A stretch of DNA of 64,000 nucleotides from an uncultured delta proteobacterium (GTDB lineage Bacteria > Desulfobacterota > Binatia > Binatales > Binataceae). The number at the start of each line of letters is the position of its first letter. Within the stretch, counting starts at the first letter, position 1. Below the pieces are notes generated by a model. That model saw only the letters and a program-made list of their open reading frames with translations, made no database searches and was not told the DNA's origin. The translations under genes were made by a program, and so were the position numbers. Positions 1 through 11,571 of the stretch are shown here, piece by piece. The stretch is taken from the NCBI GenBank assembly GCA_963774665.1, contig CAVZGB010000023.1, forward strand, positions 76,277 to 140,276, given 5' to 3'.

Positions 1-40
1 CTTTGAACTTGTTGCGGATGGCGGGTTGGTCGGATTCCAC
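1..40 (-). CDS. 5' end of an unidentified gene running off the window (MESDQPAIRNKFK...)
   Basis: GTG at 40 with AGGAGG (45-50) 4 nt upstream on the minus strand; open to the window edge. Confidence 0.5.
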   Translation of the reverse strand, partial: MESDQPAIRNKFK

Positions 41-185
41 GGTTCCTCCTGCAGCGAACTCAATCCCGGATGTATCGGCTAGTCGTCGAAATCCTTCGCT
101 AAGTCCTTTCGATCTAACGAATCCTTAAGTCCGATGTCAACGGAGCTCTGACTTAGACTACGAGCGCGGCTCGCTCCGGTTACGG

Positions 186-215
186 TTGACATCGACAATT
201 TTGTTTCAGTAGGAT
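186..215 (+). promoter_or_regulatory. putative sigma-70 promoter for 281..925
   Basis: TTGACA (186-191), 18 nt spacer, TAGGAT (210-215). Confidence 0.4.
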
Positions 216-280
216 TTCTGCATATCGCGGCTTACTTCTATCGCCTTCCACCTACTGTTCCTTCAGGAGGTTCCCACACC

Positions 281-925
281 ATGAGGTTACGGCCCACACT
301 TTCCGCGGCAATCCTGACTTCCAGTCTACTGTGCGCAAGTCTCTTTCTTATGGCCGCGGACGATTCGCATCCACCGCCGCCGGCTAATCCGGAGTACGCG
401 CAATGGGCTCACTTCAAGCCCGGCACTTACGTCACCCTGGAGCGGAGAGTTTTTGAACACGGCGAGAACAACGTCGGCGTCGTAGAAGCGATGGCACATC
501 CGCCTGGCGCTTCGGTCATGCGTATCAACACCAAGATGGTCGATCTCGACAAGGACAAAGCCGTCCTCGAGGAGACCAGGATAGATCTCGGCGACGGCAG
601 CGAAACCCAGATGCCGGCCGACAAGGTGACGCTTTTCGCCAATGGCCAGGTCAGCAACGCGAGCGATTCAATGTGGGAGCCTTCAAAGCCGCAAACCGTC
701 AAGGAAACGGAGGGCGACGAGGAATTGACCGTAATGGGCAACAAGCTCAAGACTCATTGGGTCGAGACCTCAATCAAGACCGGCAACGAAGTATCCACCG
801 CGAAGGACTGGCTGTCGGATGACGTCCCGGGCGGCTTGGTCAAGGAAGAAACCAGGAAGACCTGGAATGGGAAACTGCTGGTGGAATCAGCGACCAGGGT
901 GATCGATTACAAATTGGGTGGCTGA
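281..925 (+). CDS. exported hypothetical protein
   Basis: AGGAGG RBS, hydrophobic signal peptide followed by a Pro-rich linker, downstream terminator; no family recognised. Confidence 0.8.
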   Translation: MRLRPTLSAAILTSSLLCASLFLMAADDSHPPPPANPEYAQWAHFKPGTYVTLERRVFEHGENNVGVVEAMAHPPGASVMRINTKMVDLDKDKAVLEETRIDLGDGSETQMPADKVTLFANGQVSNASDSMWEPSKPQTVKETEGDEELTVMGNKLKTHWVETSIKTGNEVSTAKDWLSDDVPGGLVKEETRKTWNGKLLVESATRVIDYKLGG

Positions 926-956
926 ATCGTTCGCCAAGGGTATTCGATCCAAATCC

Positions 957-991
957 AAGCCGGCGACGACGCAGTCATCGCCGGCTTTTTT
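957..991 (+). terminator. rho-independent terminator
   Basis: AGCCGGCGACGAC-GCA-GTCATCGCCGGCT stem followed by a T tract, 30 nt after the stop. Confidence 0.85.
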
Positions 992-1034
992 CGCCTACTG
1001 TTCCTCGATGCCGTGGGATGCTACTTCCTAGGTC

Positions 1035-1313
1035 GTGGGTGACGATTTCGATAGCGAGCGCTTTCCGGGGAATTTCTACCAGGGGATGATTCTCAAGCTA
1101 GACCGCGCGCGTGGCCGCGGCGTGGTCCGCTCGCATAGCGGCAAGGAGATCCCGTTCGAGTTTCCATTCGTGGCTATAGCTGGTGCGCGAATCGGCGGCA
1201 CGATGCCGGGAATCGATCTGATTCGCGAAGGCGATATCATCGGCTTCGACGTCGGATGGACATCCAAAGGACTGCGAGTCACAACAATACATCCGCGCGA
1301 CGCGTCGAGTTGA
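1035..1313 (+). CDS. small OB-fold/cold-shock-domain-like protein
   Basis: GMILKLDRARGRGVVRSHSGKEIPF and GDIIGFDVGWTSKGLRVTTI follow the CSD strand pattern but lack the RNP aromatic residues. Confidence 0.55.
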   Translation: MGDDFDSERFPGNFYQGMILKLDRARGRGVVRSHSGKEIPFEFPFVAIAGARIGGTMPGIDLIREGDIIGFDVGWTSKGLRVTTIHPRDASS

Positions 1314-1355
1314 AAAGAAGCTATCTAGACAAGAAGGTAGTGCTCGATGCGAAGA

Positions 1356-1390
1356 ACCTAACCCCCAACCCCTTCCCGAGCGGGAAGGGG
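1356..1390 (-). repeat. REP-like palindrome, family A
   Basis: reverse complement reads CCCCTTCCC-GCTC-GGGAAGGGGTTGGGGGTTAGGT; similar copies at 38436, 44540 and 46376. Confidence 0.85.
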
Positions 1391-1466
1391 AACCGGATTT
1401 TTATTGGTCAATGTGAACCGAGAGCAAAGTAGTGCGCCGCGCGCAACTTTGCGATTGATACCGGGA

Positions 1467-1523
1467 GCAGGGGTCACCCTGCCGAAGGAAGCGTGAAACC
1501 CACCGCGGGTTTCACATTCAATT
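1467..1523. repeat. 57-bp double-hairpin dispersed repeat, copy 1
   Basis: GCAGGG-GTCA-CCCTGC CGAAGGAAGC GTGAAACCC-ACCGC-GGGTTTCAC; near-identical copy at 54876-54933. Confidence 0.85.
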
Positions 1524-1536
1524 CGCTCCGCTACTC

Positions 1537-2175
1537 TCACCTCTTGCGCTGGTACATCCGCCACGTCCTGACGCCTAGCGGGAACAACTCCCCCAGGATT
1601 TCGTACCCCCTGGAGCTGTAGAACGCGACGTTGGCTTCGGTCATTGTCTCGAGGTAGACGCCGGCTATTTCAGGACGTGCCTTTGCTTCGAGCGCGATCC
1701 TGTCGACCAGAGCCTTGCCGTAGCCTTTGCCCTGGAACGGCGGATCGCATCCGAGCACCTGCAAGTACAGATGCGGCTCCTTGGGATGATTATCGGACAG
1801 CACACTGACCAGATTGAGCCCGCGCCACAGGCCGCCCATCCCGATCGCGCGAATCATCCGAGGCATCTGTCCGAGGCCGGTGGCGACCATATTGAGCGCG
1901 CCTGCATGCCCGATACCTTCAGTCATCGCGGCTGCAACGACGCGTCCGTTGTCGTCGACGATGCCGAACACCGGCTGTCCCGAACGGCGCTCTATCGCCA
2001 GCATCCCGCGGAACAGATCCGCGAGATGGGTGGCGCGCTCGACCGGGTCGGTTATATCCGGAATGATCGCCTTGAAGGTCGGATCGTTGATGAAGGCGCG
2101 GCCAAGCGAGTCGGCGGCCTGGTCGTGCTGCTCGGGGTAGAGAGCGGTGACGTATGGTTTTCCGTTTTCAGGCAT
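1537..2175 (-). CDS. GNAT family N-acetyltransferase
   Basis: acetyl-CoA motif YLQVLGCDPPFQGKGYGKAL; YLET...NVAFYSSRGY. Confidence 0.9.
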   Translation of the reverse strand: MPENGKPYVTALYPEQHDQAADSLGRAFINDPTFKAIIPDITDPVERATHLADLFRGMLAIERRSGQPVFGIVDDNGRVVAAAMTEGIGHAGALNMVATGLGQMPRMIRAIGMGGLWRGLNLVSVLSDNHPKEPHLYLQVLGCDPPFQGKGYGKALVDRIALEAKARPEIAGVYLETMTEANVAFYSSRGYEILGELFPLGVRTWRMYQRKR

Positions 2176-2193
2176 TGGTTTCGATACCTCGAT

Positions 2194-3696
2194 TCAATTC
2201 GATCGCCGCGTGAGCGTGTGCGAGACCGCGTCATGCCATCCGGCGAGCAATCGTTCGCGCTCGGCACTTTGCATCATCGGCTTGAACACGTCCGCACCTT
2301 TCACGAGCCCGAGCATTTCATCCGGCGACTTCCAGATTCCCATGGCGAGGCCCGCGAGCATTGCCGCGCCCATCGCGGTTGTCTCCGCAACCTTCGCGCG
2401 CCGCACCGACTTGCCAAGGATATCCGCCTGGAACTGCATCAGGTAGCGGTTCGCGGTGGCGCCGCCGTCGGCCCTCAGCTCGTTCATTTGATTGCCGGTG
2501 TCGGATTCCATCGCAACGATTACGTCGCGCACCTGGTAGGCGATACTGTCGAGCGTGGCGCGCACGATGTCGGCGCGAGTCGTGCCGCGCGTGATCCCCA
2601 TGATTGCGCCGCGCGCGTTCGCATCCCAATACGGCGCGCCTAGTCCGACGAACGCAGGCACGACGTAGGGCTGCGTGCGATCTTTATTTTTCGCAACGCT
2701 GGCGCGCGCCTCGGCATAGGTGTCCTCTGCCTTGCGCACCAGCTTGAGGCCGTCGCGAAGCCATTGCACGGCAGCGCCCGCGATAAACACCGAGCCCTCA
2801 AGCGCATACGCAGGCTCACCGGCGGGACCGAGCGCGGAGGTCGTGAGCAATCGATTTTTCGACGGCACCATCTTGTCGCCGGTATTCATCAGAAGGAACG
2901 CTCCCGTGCCATACGTAGCCTTCGAGTCTCCTGCCGCGACCGCGCCCTGCCCGTACAGCGCGGATTGCTGATCGCCGATCACTGCCGCAACTGGAATCGC
3001 GTGCGGCGCAAGCGTTCCCGGCGCCGTCTCGGCCAGCGGACCACGCGAACTGACCGCGCGCGGCAGCATCTCGCGCGGAACGTCGAGCATTGCGAGCATC
3101 TCGTCGTCCCATTCGCGGCGCGCCAGGTTGAACATCATCGTGCGCGACGCATTGGTGTAATCGGTCACGAACTCTGCGCCGCGCGATAGTTTGTATAGGA
3201 GCCATGTCTCGATCGTGCCGAAGCACAGCTCGCCGCGTGCGCCGCGCTCGCGCAGTCCGGGTTTATTGTCGAGCAGCCATTTCAGCTTGGTGCCGGAGAA
3301 ATAAGGATCGATGAGCAGTCCCGTGTGCTGCGCAACTTCGGGCTCGCGATCCCGCAAGGCGTCGCAGATATCGGCACTGCGCCGGCATTGCCAGACGATA
3401 GCGCGATAGACAGGCCGTCCGCTGCGCCGCTCCCACACGACGAAAGTCTCGCGCTGATTGGTAATCCCGATTGCTGCGATCGCGGATGCCGACGCCTTCG
3501 CGGCCGCGATAGCTTTCTTCGAAAGCGTGATCACCGATCGGTAGATCTCCTCGGGATCATGCTCGACCCATCCCGGCTTAGGATAGAACTGCCGTATCTC
3601 GGCATAAGCGCGCCCGCGAATCCGCCCGCGCCCATCGACGACGAAAACCGTCGTGCCTGTGGTTCCCTGGTCGATGGCTAGTATCAGCTGAGGCAT
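2194..3696 (-). CDS. glpK: glycerol kinase
   Basis: IDQGTTGTT, GITNQRET, VWQCRRS, GDQQSAL, YGTGAF and DGGATAN motifs; start at ATG 3696 with GGAG RBS, so the longer ORF extension was discarded. Confidence 0.97.
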   Translation of the reverse strand: MPQLILAIDQGTTGTTVFVVDGRGRIRGRAYAEIRQFYPKPGWVEHDPEEIYRSVITLSKKAIAAAKASASAIAAIGITNQRETFVVWERRSGRPVYRAIVWQCRRSADICDALRDREPEVAQHTGLLIDPYFSGTKLKWLLDNKPGLRERGARGELCFGTIETWLLYKLSRGAEFVTDYTNASRTMMFNLARREWDDEMLAMLDVPREMLPRAVSSRGPLAETAPGTLAPHAIPVAAVIGDQQSALYGQGAVAAGDSKATYGTGAFLLMNTGDKMVPSKNRLLTTSALGPAGEPAYALEGSVFIAGAAVQWLRDGLKLVRKAEDTYAEARASVAKNKDRTQPYVVPAFVGLGAPYWDANARGAIMGITRGTTRADIVRATLDSIAYQVRDVIVAMESDTGNQMNELRADGGATANRYLMQFQADILGKSVRRAKVAETTAMGAAMLAGLAMGIWKSPDEMLGLVKGADVFKPMMQSAERERLLAGWHDAVSHTLTRRSN

Positions 3697-3982
3697 CGCA
3701 GAATTTTCTCCCGCGCCAATGTTGCTCACACGCAAGGGTCTCCTGACAAGGCGCATGATGAAGGAGCAATTGCGGCCATTGCCGGGAAAAGGCTGTGCTT
3801 CTGGTAGGTTTTTATAGGTATTCATAGGCTCTCTGAAGCAGCTTTTGCGCGCCGCTTGACTTGACACAATTATTTGAAACCTATCAAAAAGCGTAAAACT
3901 ATTGATTATCTTTCGATGACTGAAAACCGATAGGTGTGACCCGCAGAAACATCGCGCAAATTCATTTGACGTTAGCAATCGT

Positions 3983-4036
3983 GACAACTTTGGTTGCAGC
4001 TGAGTCAACTTTGTCGTAGCAGTGAAGTCAACTTGT
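3983..4036 (+). promoter_or_regulatory. three direct repeats, possible enhancer (UAS) sites
   Basis: GACAACTTTG (3983), GTCAACTTTG (4004) and GTCAACTTGT (4027), spaced 21 and 23 bp, in AT-rich DNA upstream of a sigma-54 motif. Confidence 0.5.
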
Positions 4037-4081
4037 ATTTATTTCAATCATAAAGTATAGTCGAGCGACGAACTTTTTGAA

Positions 4082-4097
4082 TTGGCACGGTCGATGC
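4082..4097 (+). promoter_or_regulatory. sigma-54 (-24/-12) promoter of the tad minor-pilin operon
   Basis: TTGGCACGGTCGATGC matches TGGCACG-N4-TTGC with exact GG-N10-GC spacing, 74 nt before the first gene. Confidence 0.75.
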
Positions 4098-4170
4098 GTT
4101 GCCACCCGATGTCCGGGGTAGAACTTGGGCAACTCTTAACTATCGCAGACTCGATGAGGTGAGTCCGATT

Positions 4171-4680
4171 TTGCCACGCAAATCCGATACCTCAAGATCA
4201 AAATTCGCCAAGGGTTTCACCGCCGTCGAATTCGCCGCGGTCTCGTCCGTGTTCTTCCTCTTGCTTTTTGGGGTCATGGACTACGCATGGATGTTCTTCG
4301 CGCAAATGAACGTGCAACAGGCCGTTGATGACGGAGGGCGATTTGCTTCCACCGGGAATCATACGACCGTTGTGAGTAATGGTACGCCGACCACTCTCTC
4401 CCGCTTACAGTCGATCATCACGCAGATTCAAAACCAGATTAGCGTGCCGGGCGTGAACGTTCAGTCAAACCTGGTGGTCTGCAGCACTAACGGTGGTTGC
4501 AGCAACGCAGGTGGTTCTGCGCCAGCTGGTGGTCCAGGAGATACAGTTACGTTGACTCTCACGACCAGCCTGCCGGTATTTACGCCTGCGCTCAAAGCGC
4601 TTTTCAGCGGGGGAGCTTACACCTTCACCGCGAGTACTAGTTTCAAGAATGAGCCGTTTAATCCAAGCCAGACCAACTAG
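4171..4680 (+). CDS. TadE/TadG-like minor pilin
   Basis: prepilin motif KG-FTAVEFA plus a hydrophobic helix, QQAVDDGGRFA; TTG start with GAGGTG RBS. Confidence 0.88.
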   Translation: MPRKSDTSRSKFAKGFTAVEFAAVSSVFFLLLFGVMDYAWMFFAQMNVQQAVDDGGRFASTGNHTTVVSNGTPTTLSRLQSIITQIQNQISVPGVNVQSNLVVCSTNGGCSNAGGSAPAGGPGDTVTLTLTTSLPVFTPALKALFSGGAYTFTASTSFKNEPFNPSQTN

Positions 4681-4693
4681 GGATTTCCGAAAC

Positions 4694-5236
4694 ATGCAAC
4701 AGTTTTATCGGTCAGGCCGCGCGATGCTCACAGCACGCAGCCCTGGGCAGGCAGCTGTCGAGCTCGCCTTTACGGTAACCCTACTGCTCGTTCTCATGTG
4801 CGGATCGATCGATTTTGGTCGCGCCCTGAACGATTTGCAGACAATGGCCGATCTAACCCGGCAAGGTTCGAACCTGGCATCACGCGGCACAACTCTGCCC
4901 GAGGCAGCCGCAGCGGTGATTTCGGGACAATCCGGTTTGGATCTGGCCAACAACGGGGTGGTAATCATCACCTCAGTCACCAACAACAGCAGTGTTTTTA
5001 CGATTACCGGCCAAGCTTCACAGGGGAAGCTTTCGCAAACCAGCAAGTTAGGGACCGGAGTCGGAACCAACGTAACCGGCACTTTACCCACCGCGGCGCA
5101 GAACTCGCTTCAGAACGGACAGACGATTTTCGTTACCGAGATATTTTACTCGTTTGCTCCTATCACTCCGATAGGAAATATCACGAAAAATGCCATCAGC
5201 TTGCCGTCAACGTTGTACAACGCCGCGTACTTTTAA
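4694..5236 (+). CDS. TadE-like minor pilin
   Basis: GQAAVELA prepilin motif, hydrophobic helix, DFGRAL...LTRQGSNLASR. Confidence 0.88.
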   Translation: MQQFYRSGRAMLTARSPGQAAVELAFTVTLLLVLMCGSIDFGRALNDLQTMADLTRQGSNLASRGTTLPEAAAAVISGQSGLDLANNGVVIITSVTNNSSVFTITGQASQGKLSQTSKLGTGVGTNVTGTLPTAAQNSLQNGQTIFVTEIFYSFAPITPIGNITKNAISLPSTLYNAAYF

Positions 5237-5258
5237 CGCCACGGACGAGGTCGGTCTC

Positions 5259-6568
5259 TTGGATCAGAAAAAAATTGACAGAAACGAGCATGGCCAGATC
5301 CTGGTGTTGCTTTCGGTCCTTATACCGCTACTGATCATATTCGTCGGTCTGGCGATCGACCTGGGTCTTGCCTATGTAACCAAGACTACCCTTTCCAAAT
5401 CAGTAGACGCCGCCGCGCTGGCCGCTATGCGTAACCTCAACCGGGGCCAGTCGGTTGCTGCAGCTGACGCCACGAATGCGTTCACCGTCAACTATCAGTC
5501 AGTACCCGGCCTCGGTACTACTCCGGTACCTACAGTGAATTGGTTTACCAGCTCACCGTGCACATCGGGTAACACTTGCGTTACGATATCTGCTACCGCC
5601 ACCATTAACACCTACTTTCTCCGAGCATTATCGGTGCTGCCGGGAGTCGGGAGCTCGCTGAATTCAACGAGCATCACTGTTAGTGCTACCGCTCAACGCA
5701 ACCCGCTGGTTATGTCGCTGGTACTGGACAAATCCGGCTCCATGAAGCTCAACGGCGGATCGACGGCGCTTCCCCCCGCGGTGACCAACTTCATAGCTTA
5801 TTTCGACGAAGGCATCGACAACGTTGCCGACATCAGTTTCTCGTCGGTCGATTCAGTCGATGTGCCAATGACAACGTCGTTCACGACTGCAGTAAATAGC
5901 GCAGTCGAGGGCATGGCTTTCGGCGGCGCTACTTTCGCGCAAGCCGGCTTGCAGGATGGATTTGCTCAGATACTGACTCAGCCTGCATCGCCAAACATAA
6001 TCAGAGTCGTAGTCTTTTTCACCGACGGATGGGCCAACACCAACGGACTTCCAACCAACGTTACTACTTCAACCGCTTCTACCACTCACGACGTTCTGAA
6101 TTGCACTGGCACTGCTTCGAAACCGTCTAACACTCCTATGAACTATGGCGGCTGTGCACCATTGGAAGCTGCGGCAGGCTGGTGTAGCGGACTCTTTTTT
6201 ATGAATCCGACCAATGGCAATACGACGAGTTGTCCTAATGCGACAACCTTTCCTGCACTGGGCCCGGAGGAAACGCGCTCTCTCCGGTAAGCACCGCGCA
6301 ACAGAATATTGCCAACGATGCGACCTATCGCACCGAACAACTGGCAAATAACATGCGCAATAGCCCGAACAATATAACGATTTACGCGATAGGACTGGGC
6401 GACAAGATTAACCAAGCCTACTTGCAGGATATCGCCAACGATCCTGCTGCTCCCACCTACAACGCAAACCAGCCCTCGGGCCAGGCGGTCTTCGCGCCCA
6501 GCGCGAACCAGCTGAATGCGGTGTTCCAGACGATCGCCTCAAAGGTCCTACTGCGCCTCTCGCAATAG
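5259..6568 (+). CDS. TadG-like pilus tip adhesin with vWA domain (single-base frameshift near 6260)
   Basis: GQILVL prepilin, DAAALAA, MIDAS motif DKSGS, VFFTDG; reading continues in another frame as GPGGNALSP...ITIYAIGLG...LRLSQ to the stop at 6568. Confidence 0.85.
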
Positions 6569-6639
6569 CAGGCTACCAGCGATGAGCGAATAAGTGCGGC
6601 TTCAGCTCGACAATTCCTAGTCGCTGGTTTTGAGCTTCG

Positions 6640-7552
6640 TCACTCGAGGATGTTGCCCTTGATCAGCTTGGGGATGACTGGGGTGATCGCAACCTGAATG
6701 TTCCACCGCTGGCCGAAGACTGAGGGGTTGACCGGCATGTATTGCCCCTGGACCTGCGAACTTCACGGGGAGCGGACCGATCTTTTGCACTTTCGATACG
6801 TTGAGGCCGATTGGAAAGGTCACCTTGTTCCCCTCGCTCGCATACCAGTTGATCAGCACGTTCGGCGAAGTGCCGACGGACCATCCGTGAGGCAGAAAGT
6901 ACGACGCGAAGTATTGCACATTCATCTGACTGGTCTGTTTGGAGCCGTTGCCACCGACCGAGAACCACTGCTGAGGGAATACGCCGACGATGTAGTGCTC
7001 ACCCAGGTAGCCGAAAACTCCGCCGGGCCCGAGCTGCCACTTTTTCTGGCCGACATTGGTCGTGGTTCCAGTGGGAAAGATGAAGGTAGGACCGGCGCCA
7101 AGGAGCCACGGTCCCGCCAGTTTCGGGCTCGGCGAAAGAAGAGTCGCCAGGATGGTGTCTCCAAAACCGGTCGCTTGATAGATACGACCCGTCCGCGTCG
7201 GCACGGGAACTGAGTTGACGACCTGAAGTACCGGCCGGGTGATCAAGTTCCAATCGTCAGTAAGAGCCAGCGGCAGCACCGGCTGGAACTGGACGTTTAC
7301 CGAGTTGCGGCTCGACTTGTCCTCGATACCGGGATGGATGAAGAAGGTGTTCTCCTGAATTTGGAGCGCCCAGATGCTGGAGATTGGATTTGAGAGTTCC
7401 TTGTTGACCTCGGTCTCAGATTTCTGGTTGTCGGGTAGTTTTGACTCATCGACCGGCGGCGGGTTCGGCGGCGTTTGCGCGGAGGCATTCGCGACGACAA
7501 GGACGCCAAGGACACCTATAAGGGCAATCATCCGCGTGCATTGAAGTTTCAA
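6640..7552 (-). CDS. putative outer-membrane beta-barrel/transporter protein of the sulfatase-associated type (frameshift near 6760)
   Basis: signal peptide, LSNPISS, QFQPVLP, WNLITRPVL, GPTFIFPT, KWQLGPGG; the corrected C-terminus VQGQYMP...KGNILE ends at TGA 6640; GGAGG plus TTG start. Confidence 0.75.
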
Positions 7553-7679
7553 AGTTGCGCCTCCCCAGCTAACCTCGCACTGCTAATAGCATGGGCTTGT
7601 ACGTCAGTACGTTTGCACCTTGCCCGACACGATAGTTCAGGTGCTGATGGGCGACCCTTTCGGGCCGCCCGTTCACGCG

Positions 7680-9402
7680 CTAGTCGCCGGCTGCACTGAC
7701 CGCCCGGGTCTGCCTGACCTGCTCCATGACTTGACTCAGGTTGTACGACGCGGGGTCCTGCAGCGGAGGGAACTTGACGTAGGTCTCAAGCTCCTTAAGC
7801 CACAACTGCTGGCCTATGGGCAGTACGTTCCAGTCGTAGACATAAGCAGTAACTGGACCAGCAAGCGCACCGCCTAGGCCGAACATGGTTCCCTGCGTCT
7901 CCCCTGTTGCCATTTCGAAAGGATCCCGCTTGATGTTGTCAACCAAGCTCCAGTGATAAGTCACCGGTCCAATCAACGCACTGGCGGGATTGGCTGTGGG
8001 AACCATAGTGTAATAGAACTTCCAATTCTTGTAGCGTACCGCCGAAGGTTGGGGGCCGGTATAGTAGAAGAAGGTATCGCGCGCCGACTTGTCTGACGTA
8101 CCTTCGAGATAGGCGCGCTGGTCGACACCATCGAGCGTCGTCTTGACTATACCCGGGTAATCACCGCCCTCGATCTGTTTCTTCAGCCCGTCTCCCTTGG
8201 GGCCGCCAGCGATGTCCACAAAGGTCGGCACCCAGTCCAAGGACGCGAAGATTTGGTCAAAGACCGTGTCCGGCTTGATGTGTCCCGGCCAGCGGATAAC
8301 ACATGGAGCGCGCATGCCGCCTTCCCAGGTCGTAAGTTTTCCACCCCGGAACGGGGTGATGCCACCGTCGGGATAGGTTATGTTCTCGGCGCCGTTGTCG
8401 GTGGAGAAGACGACAATGGTGTTATCCAGTTGGCCCATGTCTTCCAGCTTCTTGAGTACAACGCCGATGTTGTCGTCCATCTGCTTCATGCCAGCTTCGT
8501 TGACGCCCCAGTCTTTGCCGCCTGGCTCACCCACCATTGCCATGTACTTCGGCGACAGCATTGTCGTAATGTGCATGCGCGCGGGGTTGTACCAGACGAA
8601 GAACGGCTTGTTGGTTGTTTTGGGGTCATTGCGGTCGAGAAAATCGACCACCTTGGCGGAGATCTCCTCGTCCACCGTCTTTGACCGCTCCAACGTCAGC
8701 GGGCCCTGATCCTTGCACGACTGATTTGCCTCCGTCCCATCTGATGAATGACACCACAGGACGGGCCGCGGGGGTGTCAGGCAGGTTGTGGTTCTTGGGT
8801 CCACCGCGCCGGGGACCTCAGGCAGTCCGGGAATTGGCGTGTTCTTGCATGGCGGCGCGATGCCCTGCTGGGTCGGGGTCTTGTTGATGTCGGGGAAGCT
8901 GACTCCCTGCATCGCATCGAGGTGGTAGAGATAGCCCCAAAATTCTTGGAAGCCGTGCGCCGTCGGCAGCGCCTGCGTGTGGTCTCCCAAATGGTTCTTG
9001 CCAAACTCGCCGGTGGTATATCCGAGATCGTGCAAAAACTTGGCGAGCGCTGGCGTACCGGGCCGCAAATAGCTCGGGCTGCCAGGCAATTGCGGTGGGA
9101 TCATGCCGGTACGCAGCGGATGCATTCCTGTGAAGAAGGAGTTCCGCCCGGCAGTGCAGCTCTGCTCGGCGTAGTAGGTCATGAAGATCCCACCCTCTTT
9201 GCCGATGCGGTCGATGTTGGGAGTTTCTCCTACCATCAACCCGCGATGATAAATGCTCGGCTGCATCCAACCGATGTCGTCGCCCATAATGAACAAAATG
9301 TTCGGTTTGTCAGCGGCCCATGCCGCGCGCCCGCATGACAAGCCTTATGATTGAGCCGAGCAACAACGCAATCGCGAAACGCCTTCGACTCCAATTGAGC
9401 AT
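7680..9402 (-). CDS. arylsulfatase A (Cys-type; one extra base in the signal peptide region near 9340)
   Basis: KPNILFIMGDDIG, SCTAGR formylglycine motif, GKNHLGD, STDNGAE; ATG 9402 with GGAGG RBS gives a signal peptide MLNWSRRRFAIALL. Confidence 0.92.
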
Positions 9403-9468
9403 AAAACAAGATCCTCCATTGTTGGCATCCTGACTTGCCAGTTGATTGGAGATTCGTTGATTTTCAGC

Positions 9469-9503
9469 GGGAGCGATATTGCACCTTGGTACCATATCGC
9501 TCC
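9469..9503. promoter_or_regulatory. palindromic putative operator/promoter upstream of sulfatase A
   Basis: GGAGCGATAT-TGCACCTTGGTACC-ATATCGCTCC; shared with 11382-11410. Confidence 0.6.
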
Positions 9504-9579
9504 GATCACCGCGGCCTTCCGCCGCAAGCGCTTTGCGCGGCAGCGGGGCCGATTCCGTGCCATCGTGAAGTTTCGGTAG

Positions 9580-9671
9580 GTCTGGGTGGGACATGGACGG
9601 GGAGCAGGAGGCCAAGGAGTCCTATCAGAGTAATCATCCGCATTATATGGGAGTTTCAAAGTTGCGCCTCC
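9580..9671 (-). pseudogene. 5' remnant of a second copy of the outer-membrane protein gene
   Basis: same GGAGGCGCAACTTTGAAACT start context as at 7552; a shifted frame reads MRMITLIGLLGLL versus TRMIALIGVLGVL. Confidence 0.75.
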
Positions 9672-9711
9672 ACTTCCCTATTACGGTCTCGCGCGGCCTG
9701 ATCGCGGTGCG

Positions 9712-11312
<1,601 letters not shown>

Positions 11313-11381
11313 TCGAAATTCCTCCTACAGCACTGATATTTTCATTCAGCGAGTCATTTGCAGATTCGCGCATCTTCAGGA

Positions 11382-11410
11382 GGGAGCGATATTGTACCTT
11401 GGTACAACAT
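11382..11410. promoter_or_regulatory. putative operator/promoter upstream of sulfatase B
   Basis: GGGAGCGATAT followed by the perfect palindrome TGTACC-TT-GGTACA (11393-11406); the minus strand contains TACAAT. Confidence 0.6.
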
Positions 11411-11439
11411 CACGCAGAGCTGGATTCCGAGAAGAAGCA

Positions 11440-11516
11440 GAATCGTAAATCGCGCGCAAAAGAGCGCGCTGTATAAGGACCCTCACCTTCGATCCTCTCC
11501 CTCACAGGGAGAGGGG
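11440..11516. repeat. extended REP-like element, family B
   Basis: ...GCGCGCTGTATAAGGACCCTCACCTTCGATCCTCTCCC-TCACA-GGGAGAGGGG; inverted copy at 15448-15527. Confidence 0.85.
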
Positions 11517-11571
11517 AAGAAATCCGAGCGAGGTTTCGCAAGGTCGCTCTGATATGGAGAGGCTGGGAATG

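Noticed and set aside
1480-1493. SRP RNA-like CCGAAGGAAGC
   Set aside because: The SRP domain IV tetraloop stem and internal loops cannot be formed, and the element is repeated
3697-4008. N-terminal extension of glpK in the ORF track
   Set aside because: AT-rich non-coding-like sequence; the RBS and homology begin at 3696
9480-9495. sigma-54 promoter within the sulfatase palindrome (TGGTACCAAGGTGCA)
   Set aside because: GG to GC spacing is 9 rather than 10, and the motif is not kept in the second copy
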